Positions 7,632-15,560 of a stretch of 64,000 nucleotides of DNA are shown in pieces (position 1 is the stretch's first letter; each line of letters starts with the position of its first letter). Both the position numbers and the translations under genes were made by a program. The stretch is from an uncultured Ruminococcus sp. (GTDB taxonomy: Bacteria > Bacillota > Clostridia > Oscillospirales > CAG-272): the NCBI GenBank assembly GCA_902778725.1, contig CACYYS010000013.1, positions 2,608 to 66,607 on the forward strand, read 5' to 3'. The notes beneath the pieces were generated by a model. That model was not told the origin of the DNA. It ran no database searches and saw nothing but the letters and a program-made list of their open reading frames with translations.

Positions 7632-8876
7632 ATGTCGCTTTTGGATCAGCTTTCGGACGAAGCCGTCTGGAACCGGTTTTATGAATACAAGTTATCGCTC
7701 GCCTGTCCCAAACAGTTTACGGGCGAGCTGCGCCGTTTTATCGACGAAAAGCGGTATCTGCCGGTATGTGAAATCATAAACGCCGGGAAGGATTTCCCGA
7801 TCCCGCAAAAGTCCATCATCGCCAAAATGGGCACGGACAAAAAGCGTGTGGTCTATACCTATCCCCGGGACGAAAACACGGTGCTGAAGCTGCTGACGTG
7901 GATGATCCTGCGGAAATACGACCGGATTTTCAGCCGTAACCTCTATTCGTTCCGCCCCGGCAGGACCGCAAAAGACGCGGTGCGCGACCTGCTGAAAACC
8001 GGGAAAGTCTCGCAGGCGTACTCCTACAAGGTCGATATCCACGACTATTTCAATTCCGTCCCCGTAAAGCGCCTGCTGCCGATGCAGAAAGCCGCGCTCG
8101 GAGACGATGAAAAACTGTATTCCTTCCTTGCAAAGCTGCTGCTTGAACCGCGCGTATCCGACCGGGGAAAGGTGATCGTCGAGCGCAAGGGCATTATGGC
8201 GGGAACGCCGCTGTCCTCTTTTTACGCCAATCTGTATCTTTCGGAGCTTGACCGGCATTTTGAGGAATCGGGCGTGATCTACGCCAGATATTCCGACGAT
8301 ATGATCGTGTTTTCCCCCGATGAAGCCCAAGTGAAAAAACACGCAGAGTTTATCCGTTCCTTTCTCGCCGCGAATTCGCTCACCGTGAATCCCGCAAAAG
8401 AGAACTTCGGAGATCCCGGAGACGGATTCGTCTTTCTCGGTTTTTCCTGCGTCGGCAACAAGGTGGATATCGCGCCCGCGACCGTGAAAAAGCTGAAACA
8501 AAAAATGCGCCGCAAGCGCGACGCGCTCTCGCGGTGGCAAAAACGCAACGGATTCGGCGGCGAGAAAGCGGCGAAAGCGTTTATCCGTATTTTCAACGCC
8601 AAGCTGCTCGAATCCCCGCGCGACAACGAGCTCTCCTGGAGCCACTGGTTCTTCCCGGTGATCAACACGACAGAAAGCCTGCACGCCATCGATCTCTACG
8701 CGCAGGACTGCCTGCGGTATCTGATCAGCGGAAGGCACACAAAGGCGCGGTTCAACGTGCGGTATGAGGATCTGAAAGCACTCGGTTACCGCTCGCTTGT
8801 CCACGCCTGCTACCGTCACGCCGCCGAAAATCCGCAAGAGAAAGAAACCGGCAAAAACGGCGGGGTCGGCAAATGA
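7632..8876 (+). CDS. free-standing reverse transcriptase (class undetermined; no endonuclease or other fused domain)
   Basis: RT motifs are present in order: KKRVVYTYP (1), SFRPGRTAKDA (2), YKVDIHDYFNSV (3), GIMAGTPLSSFYANLYLSELD (4), ARYSDDMIVF (5), LTVNPAKE (6), FVFLGF (7). A helical thumb-like region of about 140 aa follows. Confidence 0.9.
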   Translation: MSLLDQLSDEAVWNRFYEYKLSLACPKQFTGELRRFIDEKRYLPVCEIINAGKDFPIPQKSIIAKMGTDKKRVVYTYPRDENTVLKLLTWMILRKYDRIFSRNLYSFRPGRTAKDAVRDLLKTGKVSQAYSYKVDIHDYFNSVPVKRLLPMQKAALGDDEKLYSFLAKLLLEPRVSDRGKVIVERKGIMAGTPLSSFYANLYLSELDRHFEESGVIYARYSDDMIVFSPDEAQVKKHAEFIRSFLAANSLTVNPAKENFGDPGDGFVFLGFSCVGNKVDIAPATVKKLKQKMRRKRDALSRWQKRNGFGGEKAAKAFIRIFNAKLLESPRDNELSWSHWFFPVINTTESLHAIDLYAQDCLRYLISGRHTKARFNVRYEDLKALGYRSLVHACYRHAAENPQEKETGKNGGVGK

Positions 8877-8913
8877 GGACCGTCTCCGCCGTTTTGCCGG
8901 TTATGCGAACGCG

Positions 8914-9002
8914 GAGAAAAAGCGGATATCCCGCAGAGCGCGAGGAAAAGGCAGGCGGGGGTCCTCCCGCCATAATACCCGGGACACGCCCCGTCCGGCG
9001 GC
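8914..9002 (-). pseudogene. frame-broken relic of the 5' coding region of the permease gene
   Basis: Aligns by eye with 4074-4178, with 27 of 28 bases matching at gagaaaaagcggatatcccgcag.gcgcg. A gap of about 18 nt follows, then roughly 85% identity through acgccccgtccggcggc. The gap breaks the reading frame. Confidence 0.7.
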
Positions 9003-9036
9003 GTGTCAACTCTTTTTTCGGGGATTTTCCCCTTTT

Positions 9037-9708
9037 TTACCGCCCCCTTCTTTCCATTACGCTCACCTTAAAACGTACCAGCCCCGCGTCGTCAAGCCAA
9101 AAGGCGAGGGCCCTCTCCGTGATCCGGCCGTTTTCCTCCCCCGCCGCCGTTTCCGAAAAGGTCAGCCGGTACGGCGCGTTTTCCCCCGCTTCCCCGTACC
9201 GCAGCTCCATCCCGTCTTCCGAGAGGAGAAGGATCCCGTCCGCCGGGATCGCGGCATCGTTGCCGGGATCGAATAGAAGCCCGATCTTTTGCAGAACAGC
9301 CGGGCGGCTGTCGCCGAAGCAAAGGCCGAACGGGAGGGTCAGCCCGTCGAGCGCAACGGTCGTATAGAACGAGGTCTCGGTCCATGCGTGAAAGAAGGCC
9401 CAGGAAGCGCCGAAACGCTCCTCCGTCGCAGACCATCCGTAACACTCGCCCTCGGCTTCTACGCCGTCCCAGTTCAGCCCGCCGCCCGCGTGCTCCACGA
9501 TCGTCTTCCCCTCGTAAGAATAGCGCGGGACGATCCGGTCGATCAGGTCGCTTTCACTCAGCCCGGCGACAAATCCCTCGCCGTCGAGAAACTGCCGGAA
9601 CGTGAGGAGGATCTCCCTTCCGTTTTCCCCGCCGGCTTTCCCGGCGCCGCAGGAGCAGAGTCCGAAAAGAAACGCCAGAACCAACAGAGCCGCCATCGCT
9701 TTTTTCAT
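9037..9708 (-). CDS. lipoprotein, unknown function
   Basis: Start moved to ATG 9708, giving MKKAMAALLVLAFLFGLCSCG (lipobox). The upstream ORF extension is Arg/Ser-rich and looks like a GC artefact. Confidence 0.7.
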   Translation of the reverse strand: MKKAMAALLVLAFLFGLCSCGAGKAGGENGREILLTFRQFLDGEGFVAGLSESDLIDRIVPRYSYEGKTIVEHAGGGLNWDGVEAEGECYGWSATEERFGASWAFFHAWTETSFYTTVALDGLTLPFGLCFGDSRPAVLQKIGLLFDPGNDAAIPADGILLLSEDGMELRYGEAGENAPYRLTFSETAAGEENGRITERALAFWLDDAGLVRFKVSVMERRGR

Positions 9709-9766
9709 CTTTTTCTCCTTTCTCTCCGCCCGGCGGGCGGGTCTTCCAAACCGTTTTTGACCGGGC

Positions 9767-10165
9767 TTACCGGTACATCGCAAGCTCGGCGGAATCCATA
9801 AACTGACACATCGACAGGTTGAAGCCGCGGTAATCGGCCTCCGAGAACTCTTCCGTCGCCGAGGCGACGGTCGCCCGGACGAGATCGAGCTGACTGAAAA
9901 AGGTGACCGAAAGCGGCACGCGCAGGATCCCGGAGATCCCGCGGACCGTAAGACAGCCGGCCTCCCGGAGGGAGAGGACCTCCTTTTCGTTTCGGACGGG
10001 AACGGTCCTTTCCCGCTCCGCGTCGCCGACAAGCAGCTCCGGCTCCTCCATATCGGAAAAAAGCAGCGCCGCCGCGCGGCAGATCTGCTCCCAGCCGACC
10101 CGGTAGGTCAGCCTCCACTCGGAAAAAAGCCAGTCCCCCTCTTTTTTCACGCCTGACAACGTCAT
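9767..10165 (-). CDS. hypothetical protein
   Basis: 132-aa ORF with coding-like composition in the same orientation as its neighbours. Confidence 0.5.
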   Translation of the reverse strand: MTLSGVKKEGDWLFSEWRLTYRVGWEQICRAAALLFSDMEEPELLVGDAERERTVPVRNEKEVLSLREAGCLTVRGISGILRVPLSVTFFSQLDLVRATVASATEEFSEADYRGFNLSMCQFMDSAELAMYR

Positions 10166-10229
10166 CGCACGATACTCCTTTCTCCGGCGAGCCGGGTTTG
10201 GTAAATCCGTTTTTTCGGACCGGAAGCGG

Positions 10230-10529
10230 TCAGCCTTCTCTCCGCATCCGGACGATGCGGTTTTCGGACCGCGTCAGCCCGGGTTTTTCCTGCAGCCGCA
10301 GGGAAGCGAGATTGTCTTTTTCGACCTGTCCGAACGGGACACAGCCCCGTTCCGTCTTCCACGCGATCAGGCGCTTTTCCGGCGCCGCGCCGAAGCCCCG
10401 GCGCCGGTACGCGGGAAAAACGCAAAGCAGCCCCATGCTCCCTTCCGGACGCTCCCCCGCAAAGCCGACAAGCCGGTCCCCCTCGTACCCGAGCAGGACG
10501 GAGCCCCGCCCGACGGCTTTTCTCTTTTT
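10230..10529 (-). pseudogene. N-terminally truncated GNAT acetyltransferase remnant
   Basis: The frame reads ..VLLGYEGDRLVGFAGERPEGSMGLLCVFPAYRRRGFG.., which covers GNAT motif A. An in-frame TGA at 10530-10532 removes the expected first ~60 aa. Confidence 0.5.
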
Positions 10530-10530
10530 T

Positions 10531-10560
10531 CAGTATAACAAAAACGGACGGAGTTTGCAA
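10531..10560 (-). promoter_or_regulatory. possible sigma70-type promoter reading into the GNAT remnant
   Basis: The minus strand reads TTGCAA, a 17-nt spacer, then TATACT. Confidence 0.4.
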
Positions 10561-10705
10561 GAAAAAAAGGATCGTTTTCGCGCTCTTCGACTTTCTTCTC
10601 TCTTCCACTTCTTCCCTCTTCACTCTTACTTCTTACTTCCCAAAATCCTGCGCGGGGAGAAGGACGAGGGAAAAGTGAAGAGTGAATAGTGAAGAGTGAA
10701 TAAGG

Positions 10706-10735
10706 AAAAATCCCGCGCTTTCGCGCAGGATTTTT
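10706..10735 (-). terminator. hairpin plus T-run following the tRNA 3'-end fragment
   Basis: aaaaatcccgcgc-tttc-gcgcaggattttt, with one mismatch in the stem. Confidence 0.5.
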
Positions 10736-10756
10736 GGTGGGCCATCAGGGACTCGA
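10735..10756 (-). repeat. 22-bp duplicate of the 3' end of the CAU tRNA
   Basis: tggtgggccatcagggactcga is identical at 10735-10756 and 10942-10963. The second copy is the T-arm, acceptor and CCA of the intact tRNA. Confidence 0.9.
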
Positions 10757-10906
10757 TCGCCTGCCGGCGCCCCAGGGTCGGCTCTGTCGCTCCCCCGGAG
10801 CGACATTCAAAGCCGCGATTTTACATCGCGGCATGAATTGGAATCTTTCGCGGAGCGAAAGTCTCTGCTCCGCGCCCGTTCGAGTCCCTTTTTGATCGAA
10901 GCCACC

Positions 10907-10941
10907 AAAAAAGGAAGCATCCTTGCGGATGCTTCCTTTTT
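10907..10941 (-). terminator. Rho-independent terminator after the tRNA
   Basis: A6, then the hairpin ggaagcatcc-ttgc-ggatgcttcc, then T6. Confidence 0.8.
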
Positions 10942-11018
10942 TGGTGGGCCATCAGGGACTCGAACCCCGGACCAACCGGTTATGAGCCGGTAGCTCTGAC
11001 CAACTGAGCTAATGGCCC
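10942..11018 (-). tRNA. tRNA with CAU anticodon (elongator Met or lysidine-modified Ile2; not distinguishable by eye)
   Basis: The reverse complement folds as a cloverleaf. Elements: acceptor GGGCCAT/ATGGCCC, D arm GCTC..GAGC, anticodon arm ACCGG-CTCATAA-CCGGT, T arm CGGGG-TTCGAGT-CCCTG, and an encoded CCA. Confidence 0.9.
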
Positions 11019-11120
11019 CGGTCGGGGATCCCGACAGTATCTTATTATACAGGGACTTTCGGGTTTTGTCAAGACGGCAAAGAGAAACGGCGGCGGGAGT
11101 TTTCCCCGCCGCCGGTCCTG

Positions 11121-11666
11121 TCAGAGCTCGAGCCGCATGAATAGTTCCCCGCAGGGACGTCCGCCCGAGAGGCGGAAGGCGTCCGGCAGGCGGCTGACGG
11201 TCCGGAAGCCGAACTTTTCGTAGAACGCGATCGCGCGGGCGTTTTCCTCCATGCAGCAAAGCTCCAGGAAGGCGACGCCGCGCGTCCGCCCCGCCGCGAT
11301 CATCTCCGAGAACAGCGCGGACCCGATCCCGAGTCTCCAGACCTCCCGCCGGAGCGCGATCCCCAGCGTGGCGCGGTGCGCCGTCTTTTTCCGGGCGGAA
11401 AAATTGATCTCGCAGTTGCCGACGATCCGCCCGTCAAGAAAACAGGAGATCATGAGCGAATCAGGCGAGGCGCGTTTTCCCCGTACCCACGCCCGCTCCT
11501 TTTCCGGATCGGTCTCCGTTTCCTCCGGGCCGCGCGTCAGAAACTCCGTCTCCCCGCTGACCGCGCGGAGATAGTCGAGCAGCTCCTCCGCGTCCTCCTC
11601 ACGGGGGGTACGCAGGAGCGCCGTCCGACCGTCTTTCAGCAGGATCTCTTTTTCCGGAAACAACAT
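11121..11666 (-). CDS. GNAT family N-acetyltransferase
   Basis: 181 aa. Motif A region LRREVWRLGIGSALF and C-terminal NARAIAFYEKFGF. Confidence 0.8.
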   Translation of the reverse strand: MLFPEKEILLKDGRTALLRTPREEDAEELLDYLRAVSGETEFLTRGPEETETDPEKERAWVRGKRASPDSLMISCFLDGRIVGNCEINFSARKKTAHRATLGIALRREVWRLGIGSALFSEMIAAGRTRGVAFLELCCMEENARAIAFYEKFGFRTVSRLPDAFRLSGGRPCGELFMRLEL

Positions 11667-11684
11667 CTCTCTTCCCTTTTCTCC

Positions 11685-13076
11685 TTACTCAAATTCGATC
11701 TCGAACATCTTGGACCCGTAAAACCGCGGGCCCGCGCTCGTAATATACCACTGCGAGATCACGACCGGCATGATCTTCCCGTATTCGCGGTTCATCATCT
11801 CGTGCGTGAAGCCGCCGTACAGACCGGACGCCCCGCTCTTGGAGGGCAGGTCCGCCGTCAGTTTCGGCTCCTTGATCGAGATGAGGAGATACGGCCTGCT
11901 GTACGGGCCGTACGGATGATCCGCCGTCGCGTAGCAGATCCCCGACTTTGTGCGGTAATACGTCAGCACCCATTTGCCGAGATACTCGTTCCAATGGACC
12001 GCCATATTGCTCGTCGGCGCCGGGATCACGTCCGCCGCCGTGGGATCCGCTGTGATCGCGTCGATCCCTTCCCGGTAGGGGAGCCAGACCGGCTCGCCGT
12101 TCTCGTAGCGGACGAGATACTCGTAGGCGGAAAACCGCTCGAAATCCTCCCGTTTGACCCGCGCGACCTTGATCCCCTTCTGCCTGCCGCCGAAGCGGCC
12201 AAAGAGATAAACGTAGCCGTCCTTGCCGTCGAGCGGGTAAAGCTGCCCGAAGCCGGGGACGACATGCGACGGTCCGTCGAAATCGACCGCCACGCTCCCG
12301 AGGTTTATATCCGCCTGGATCAGCCTTGCGGCAAGCAGAACGTCGTTCTCGTCGGTCGGCTCGATCCAGGAAAGATCGTACACCTTTTCAAAGGTCTTGC
12401 CGCCGTCATCCGAGCGGATCACGCCGCCGTAATTGACGTCCCAGTACCCGCTCTCTCCCCAGCGGCGGATCGACTCGTAAAAGAAATACAGTTTTCCGTC
12501 CAGCTCGATCCCGCCCTGGCAGATCTTGGAGATCTCCTTGGTGTTGGAGCCGGTTTGGTGGAGCGCCTTGACAAGCTCTCTCGCCATGCCCGTTCCGTCG
12601 TCGAGAAACCCGTCCCAGCGGATCCCCTCCGAAAAATCAAGCAGCTCGGTATAGCCCGCGACCGTCGTGCGCCAGTTTTTCTTTTTGGTCGGGTCGATCT
12701 CGCTCACCCCCGACGTGTCCCCGAACAGGAAATACATCCTCTGCTGCGAGGGACTGTAAACGGGAACGCCGAGATCGGTCCCGTAGACGTCCCATCGGTC
12801 GGTCAGCCCGACACCCGTCAGATTGGCGACGTACCGGTACGCCTTCACCCGGATCACCTCAGGATGCTCGATCACGACCGCCGGTTCCGTTTCCGGCGCC
12901 GGCTGATCCTCCGTTTCCGCCGCTCCGGTCAGCTCGCCGGCGGGCGCGGCGGCGCAGCCGGTCAGAAGAAGAACCGGAACAAGAAAGAGGCAGGGTACGC
13001 CTCTTTGCAGGAAGAAAACCGCCCGCCCGATCGGACCCCTTTTCTTTTCGTTTCTCTTTTCCGGATCTCGTTTCAT
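11685..13076 (-). CDS. DUF4185-like secreted/lipoprotein, putative glycoside-hydrolase-fold protein
   Basis: Signal/lipobox LLLTGC. DRWDVYGTDLGVPV and FLFGDT motifs are typical of DUF4185. Confidence 0.65.
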   Translation of the reverse strand: MKRDPEKRNEKKRGPIGRAVFFLQRGVPCLFLVPVLLLTGCAAAPAGELTGAAETEDQPAPETEPAVVIEHPEVIRVKAYRYVANLTGVGLTDRWDVYGTDLGVPVYSPSQQRMYFLFGDTSGVSEIDPTKKKNWRTTVAGYTELLDFSEGIRWDGFLDDGTGMARELVKALHQTGSNTKEISKICQGGIELDGKLYFFYESIRRWGESGYWDVNYGGVIRSDDGGKTFEKVYDLSWIEPTDENDVLLAARLIQADINLGSVAVDFDGPSHVVPGFGQLYPLDGKDGYVYLFGRFGGRQKGIKVARVKREDFERFSAYEYLVRYENGEPVWLPYREGIDAITADPTAADVIPAPTSNMAVHWNEYLGKWVLTYYRTKSGICYATADHPYGPYSRPYLLISIKEPKLTADLPSKSGASGLYGGFTHEMMNREYGKIMPVVISQWYITSAGPRFYGSKMFEIEFE

Positions 13077-13488
13077 GGACCCTCTCCTTTTATCACGTTA
13101 TCATGCTTTCCGTTTCTCTGCGTTTAATCTTAACAAAAGGAACAACTTCTGTCAATAACGAAAAGAAAACCGGGCAGTTTTTTATAATAGATTGCGTTTT
13201 TTTGTAAAAATCGGCATTTTTTATGAAAAAAAGCAATTTTCAGTAAAACGCCGGAGGAGCGGTTTTCCGAACGATCCGCGCGGCGACGTCCCGTTTTGCT
13301 TCCTGCGGGAACGCGGCTGCCGCCTTCCTTGTTCCGGCTGGACAGAAAAAGCAGACTGAACGGTTTTCAGTCTGCTTTTTGCTTTTTCTTTGCGCGCCGG
13401 CTCGCTTTGCAACGCCGTTCCGTTCCCTTTTGTTCCTCTTTTCCGGTTTTTTTGCGGCGTTACCCTTTCTCTTTGTCCGTTTTCCCGC

Positions 13489-14379
13489 TCAAACGTCGTA
13501 GGCCGGGTCGATCGCCTTCAGCTCGCTGAAGGTGTCGATCTCGACGATATCCTCTTTTTTGCAGGGGAGGACGTGCACCTCGTAACGGTCGGCAAAGATC
13601 TTCAGCGGGACCTGGTCCCAGTACAGCTCCTTGCCGCCGGGGAGACGGAACGCCTCCTCCAGATGGTCCGCCAGCTTTTTGCCGTCCTCCTCGTTCCAGT
13701 AGGAGATGCCGACCATCTGATAACAGTTCAGTCCGCCGATCCGCTGCCCGCGGATCACCCCGTCCACCACGTCGAAGCACCAGTCGTCGCTGCGCTCCGT
13801 CGGGATCCCGAGAAAGTCCGAGCGGTAGTGATACCGCCGGATGATCGCCGGGTTGGAGATCAGCAGGTCCGCCTCGAACACATAGGCGTTTGAGAGCAGA
13901 TACCGCGCGCAGAGCGCGGAGGAGATGTTGTTTGCCTCGTTGAAGCTCGGATTTTCCAGGAACCGGATCATCGGGTATTTGTAGAGGAGCTGGTCGAACT
14001 GGTCCGCGAGATACCCCCGGACGATGTAGATCTCGCTGATCCCCGCCGCCAGGCAGGCGTCCAGCAGGCCGTCGATGATCCGCTTGCCGTTGACGCGGAC
14101 CAGGGGCTTCGGCGTGTTCAGCGTGATCGGGACGAGCCGCGAGCCAAACCCCGCCGCGATGAAGACCGCCCGCTTCACCCGGTACGGCTCCAGCGCCTCG
14201 CGCCCCGCCGCCGTGATCCCGCCGCGGTCGGCGTATCCCGCCGCGGCAAGCTCCCGCGTCACACGGTTCACCGTGCCGAGAGAATAACCCGTCCCCGCCT
14301 CCAGCGCCCGCTGGGTCACCGGCCCCTCTCGCTCCGCAAGACACGCCAGTACGTCGAATTGCTTTTCCGTCAGTTTCAT
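13489..14379 (-). CDS. winged-helix domain fused to a LicC/MobA-like nucleotidyltransferase
   Basis: Start at ATG 14379 with an AAGGAG RBS. The N-terminal HTH is QRALEAGTGYSLGTVNRVTRELA, followed by the NTP-transferase loop FIAAGFGSRLVPITLNTPKPLV. The 680-aa track ORF is an artefactual extension. Confidence 0.75.
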   Translation of the reverse strand: MKLTEKQFDVLACLAEREGPVTQRALEAGTGYSLGTVNRVTRELAAAGYADRGGITAAGREALEPYRVKRAVFIAAGFGSRLVPITLNTPKPLVRVNGKRIIDGLLDACLAAGISEIYIVRGYLADQFDQLLYKYPMIRFLENPSFNEANNISSALCARYLLSNAYVFEADLLISNPAIIRRYHYRSDFLGIPTERSDDWCFDVVDGVIRGQRIGGLNCYQMVGISYWNEEDGKKLADHLEEAFRLPGGKELYWDQVPLKIFADRYEVHVLPCKKEDIVEIDTFSELKAIDPAYDV

Positions 14380-14526
14380 AGCTTCTCCTTTTTTCTTGAA
14401 AGCAACCCGATTATATAAAAAAACCGCCTTTTTGTCAAGGCTTTTCCCTTTTCCCTCGGCCGGCGCTTGCTTTTTTCTCTCCTTTCCCTTATAATAGGTA
14501 CGGATCAAACAAAAAGGAGGCGCCGT

Positions 14527-15411
14527 ATGGAGATCCGTTCCCTCAAGGAATATCTCGGCACGATCAAAAAACTGGCGGAAAACTATACCTTCACCGTCCC
14601 CCCGTCCCAAACCGGTCTGCCCTTTTCCCGCAGAGAGCAGCCGTCCTTTCTCTATCGCGGGCACGGAGACGACCGCCGCTGCGAGCTCGAGCCGGGGGTC
14701 CTGCGCTGGCTCACTATGGAGAACGGAAGCGCCGCGACCGAGTTCTCCCAGGCGGAATACAACATCCTCGACGACTTCATCTCCGAGGCGTGCCTCTATA
14801 ACAAGGACGTCCCGCCGGAGAACATCTCCGCGTGGCTCGAGATCGCCCAGCACTTCGGCGTCCCGACCCGCCTGCTCGACTTCACCCAGAATCCCCTCGT
14901 CGCCCTCTACTTCGCCTGCGCCGATACCCCCGAGCAGACCGCCTCCGTCTGGATCCTCAACGAGCCGGCCTATAACCGCTACTTCTTCGGGATCGACGGC
15001 GTGATCGAGGCCTCCCGCTCCCAGGAGACCGTCTCCCGCATCATCCGCGACGAGATCGTCCATAAGGATCACCTCCCCCACGTCGGCAACCCCGCCTATA
15101 TCCAGGCCCCCTGGATCTATAAGCCCTATTACCGCGAGGAGCGGATGAATATGCAGTCCAGCGTCTTTATGCTCTGGGGCGCCGACCGCCGGAAGCTCAC
15201 CGACCTGATCCCGCCCGAACACGCCATGACCGCCGGAGACTCCGTCCCCGCCCCCGAAAAGGGCATCCTCGCCCGGATCCTCGTCCCCCGCTCCGCAAAA
15301 AAAGCCATCCTCGAAGAGCTCGACCTCTGCGGCGTCAACGGAAAATTCATCTTCCCCGGGATCGAGGGCGTCGGACGCTATATCCGCGCGAAATATTCCC
15401 GGAGAAGCTGA
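14527..15411 (+). CDS. FRG domain protein
   Basis: Start at ATG 14527 with an AGGAGG RBS. Contains the core AQHFGVPTRLLDFTQNPLVALYFA characteristic of FRG domains. Confidence 0.7.
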   Translation: MEIRSLKEYLGTIKKLAENYTFTVPPSQTGLPFSRREQPSFLYRGHGDDRRCELEPGVLRWLTMENGSAATEFSQAEYNILDDFISEACLYNKDVPPENISAWLEIAQHFGVPTRLLDFTQNPLVALYFACADTPEQTASVWILNEPAYNRYFFGIDGVIEASRSQETVSRIIRDEIVHKDHLPHVGNPAYIQAPWIYKPYYREERMNMQSSVFMLWGADRRKLTDLIPPEHAMTAGDSVPAPEKGILARILVPRSAKKAILEELDLCGVNGKFIFPGIEGVGRYIRAKYSRRS

Positions 15412-15412
15412 A

Positions 15413-15560
15413 ACCCTTCTTTTCTGAAGAAAAGAAGGCAAAAGACTTCCTTTTCTGAAGAAAAGGAAGCAAAAGACTTTTTGAAGGGGCAGGGAGCAGA
15501 CAAAGTGCAAACACAGACGCTCCTTCTCCAAAAGCCGCCCGGTAAGGATGGGCGGCTTTT
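15413..15560 (+). repeat. dispersed intergenic repeat, module A (copy 1)
   Basis: Shares cttcttttctgaagaaaagaaggcaaaagac..ttgaaggggcaggga..ctccttc.ccaaaagcc with 60041-60192, 60725-60856 (inverted) and 63917-64000. Confidence 0.85.

Noticed and set aside
7476-8876. Diversity-generating retroelement (DGR) interpretation of the RT locus
   Set aside because: I found no template/variable repeat pair. The region upstream of the RT has no visible similarity to the 3' ends of the neighbouring lipoprotein genes or the 6935 gene. The RT also lacks the DGR-typical (I/L)GxxxSQ motif (it has GTPLSSF) and uses YSDD rather than YMDD/YVDD. A remote VR elsewhere in the genome cannot be excluded.
7476-8876. 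Classical retron (msr-msd plus retron RT)
   Set aside because: The closing inverted repeat resembles retron a1/a2, but the RT shows FLGF instead of the retron VTG motif at motif 7. It is also about 90 aa longer than typical retron RTs, and no obvious effector is fused. This was kept as an open alternative inside the finding rather than called.
8873-9367. Plus-strand ORFs downstream of the RT (8797..9276, 8873..9367) as RT-associated genes
   Set aside because: They run antisense to the 9037..9708 lipoprotein gene and through the permease relic. Their products are Arg/Pro/Ser-rich with no RBS.
10757-10941. tmRNA or other tRNA-like RNA gene between the duplicated tRNA 3' ends
   Set aside because: No 5' acceptor-strand partner (GGGCCAT) is present, there is no tag-peptide reading frame, and it is far shorter than tmRNA. 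The plus-strand tRNA-like 3' end (gttcgagtccc..ccacca) has no pairing T-stem or acceptor.
13489-15531. Track ORF extending the nucleotidyltransferase gene to 680 aa
   Set aside because: The upstream 384 aa run antisense through the FRG gene and a repeat element. A proper ATG with an AAGGAG RBS at 14379 gives a normal-length protein.
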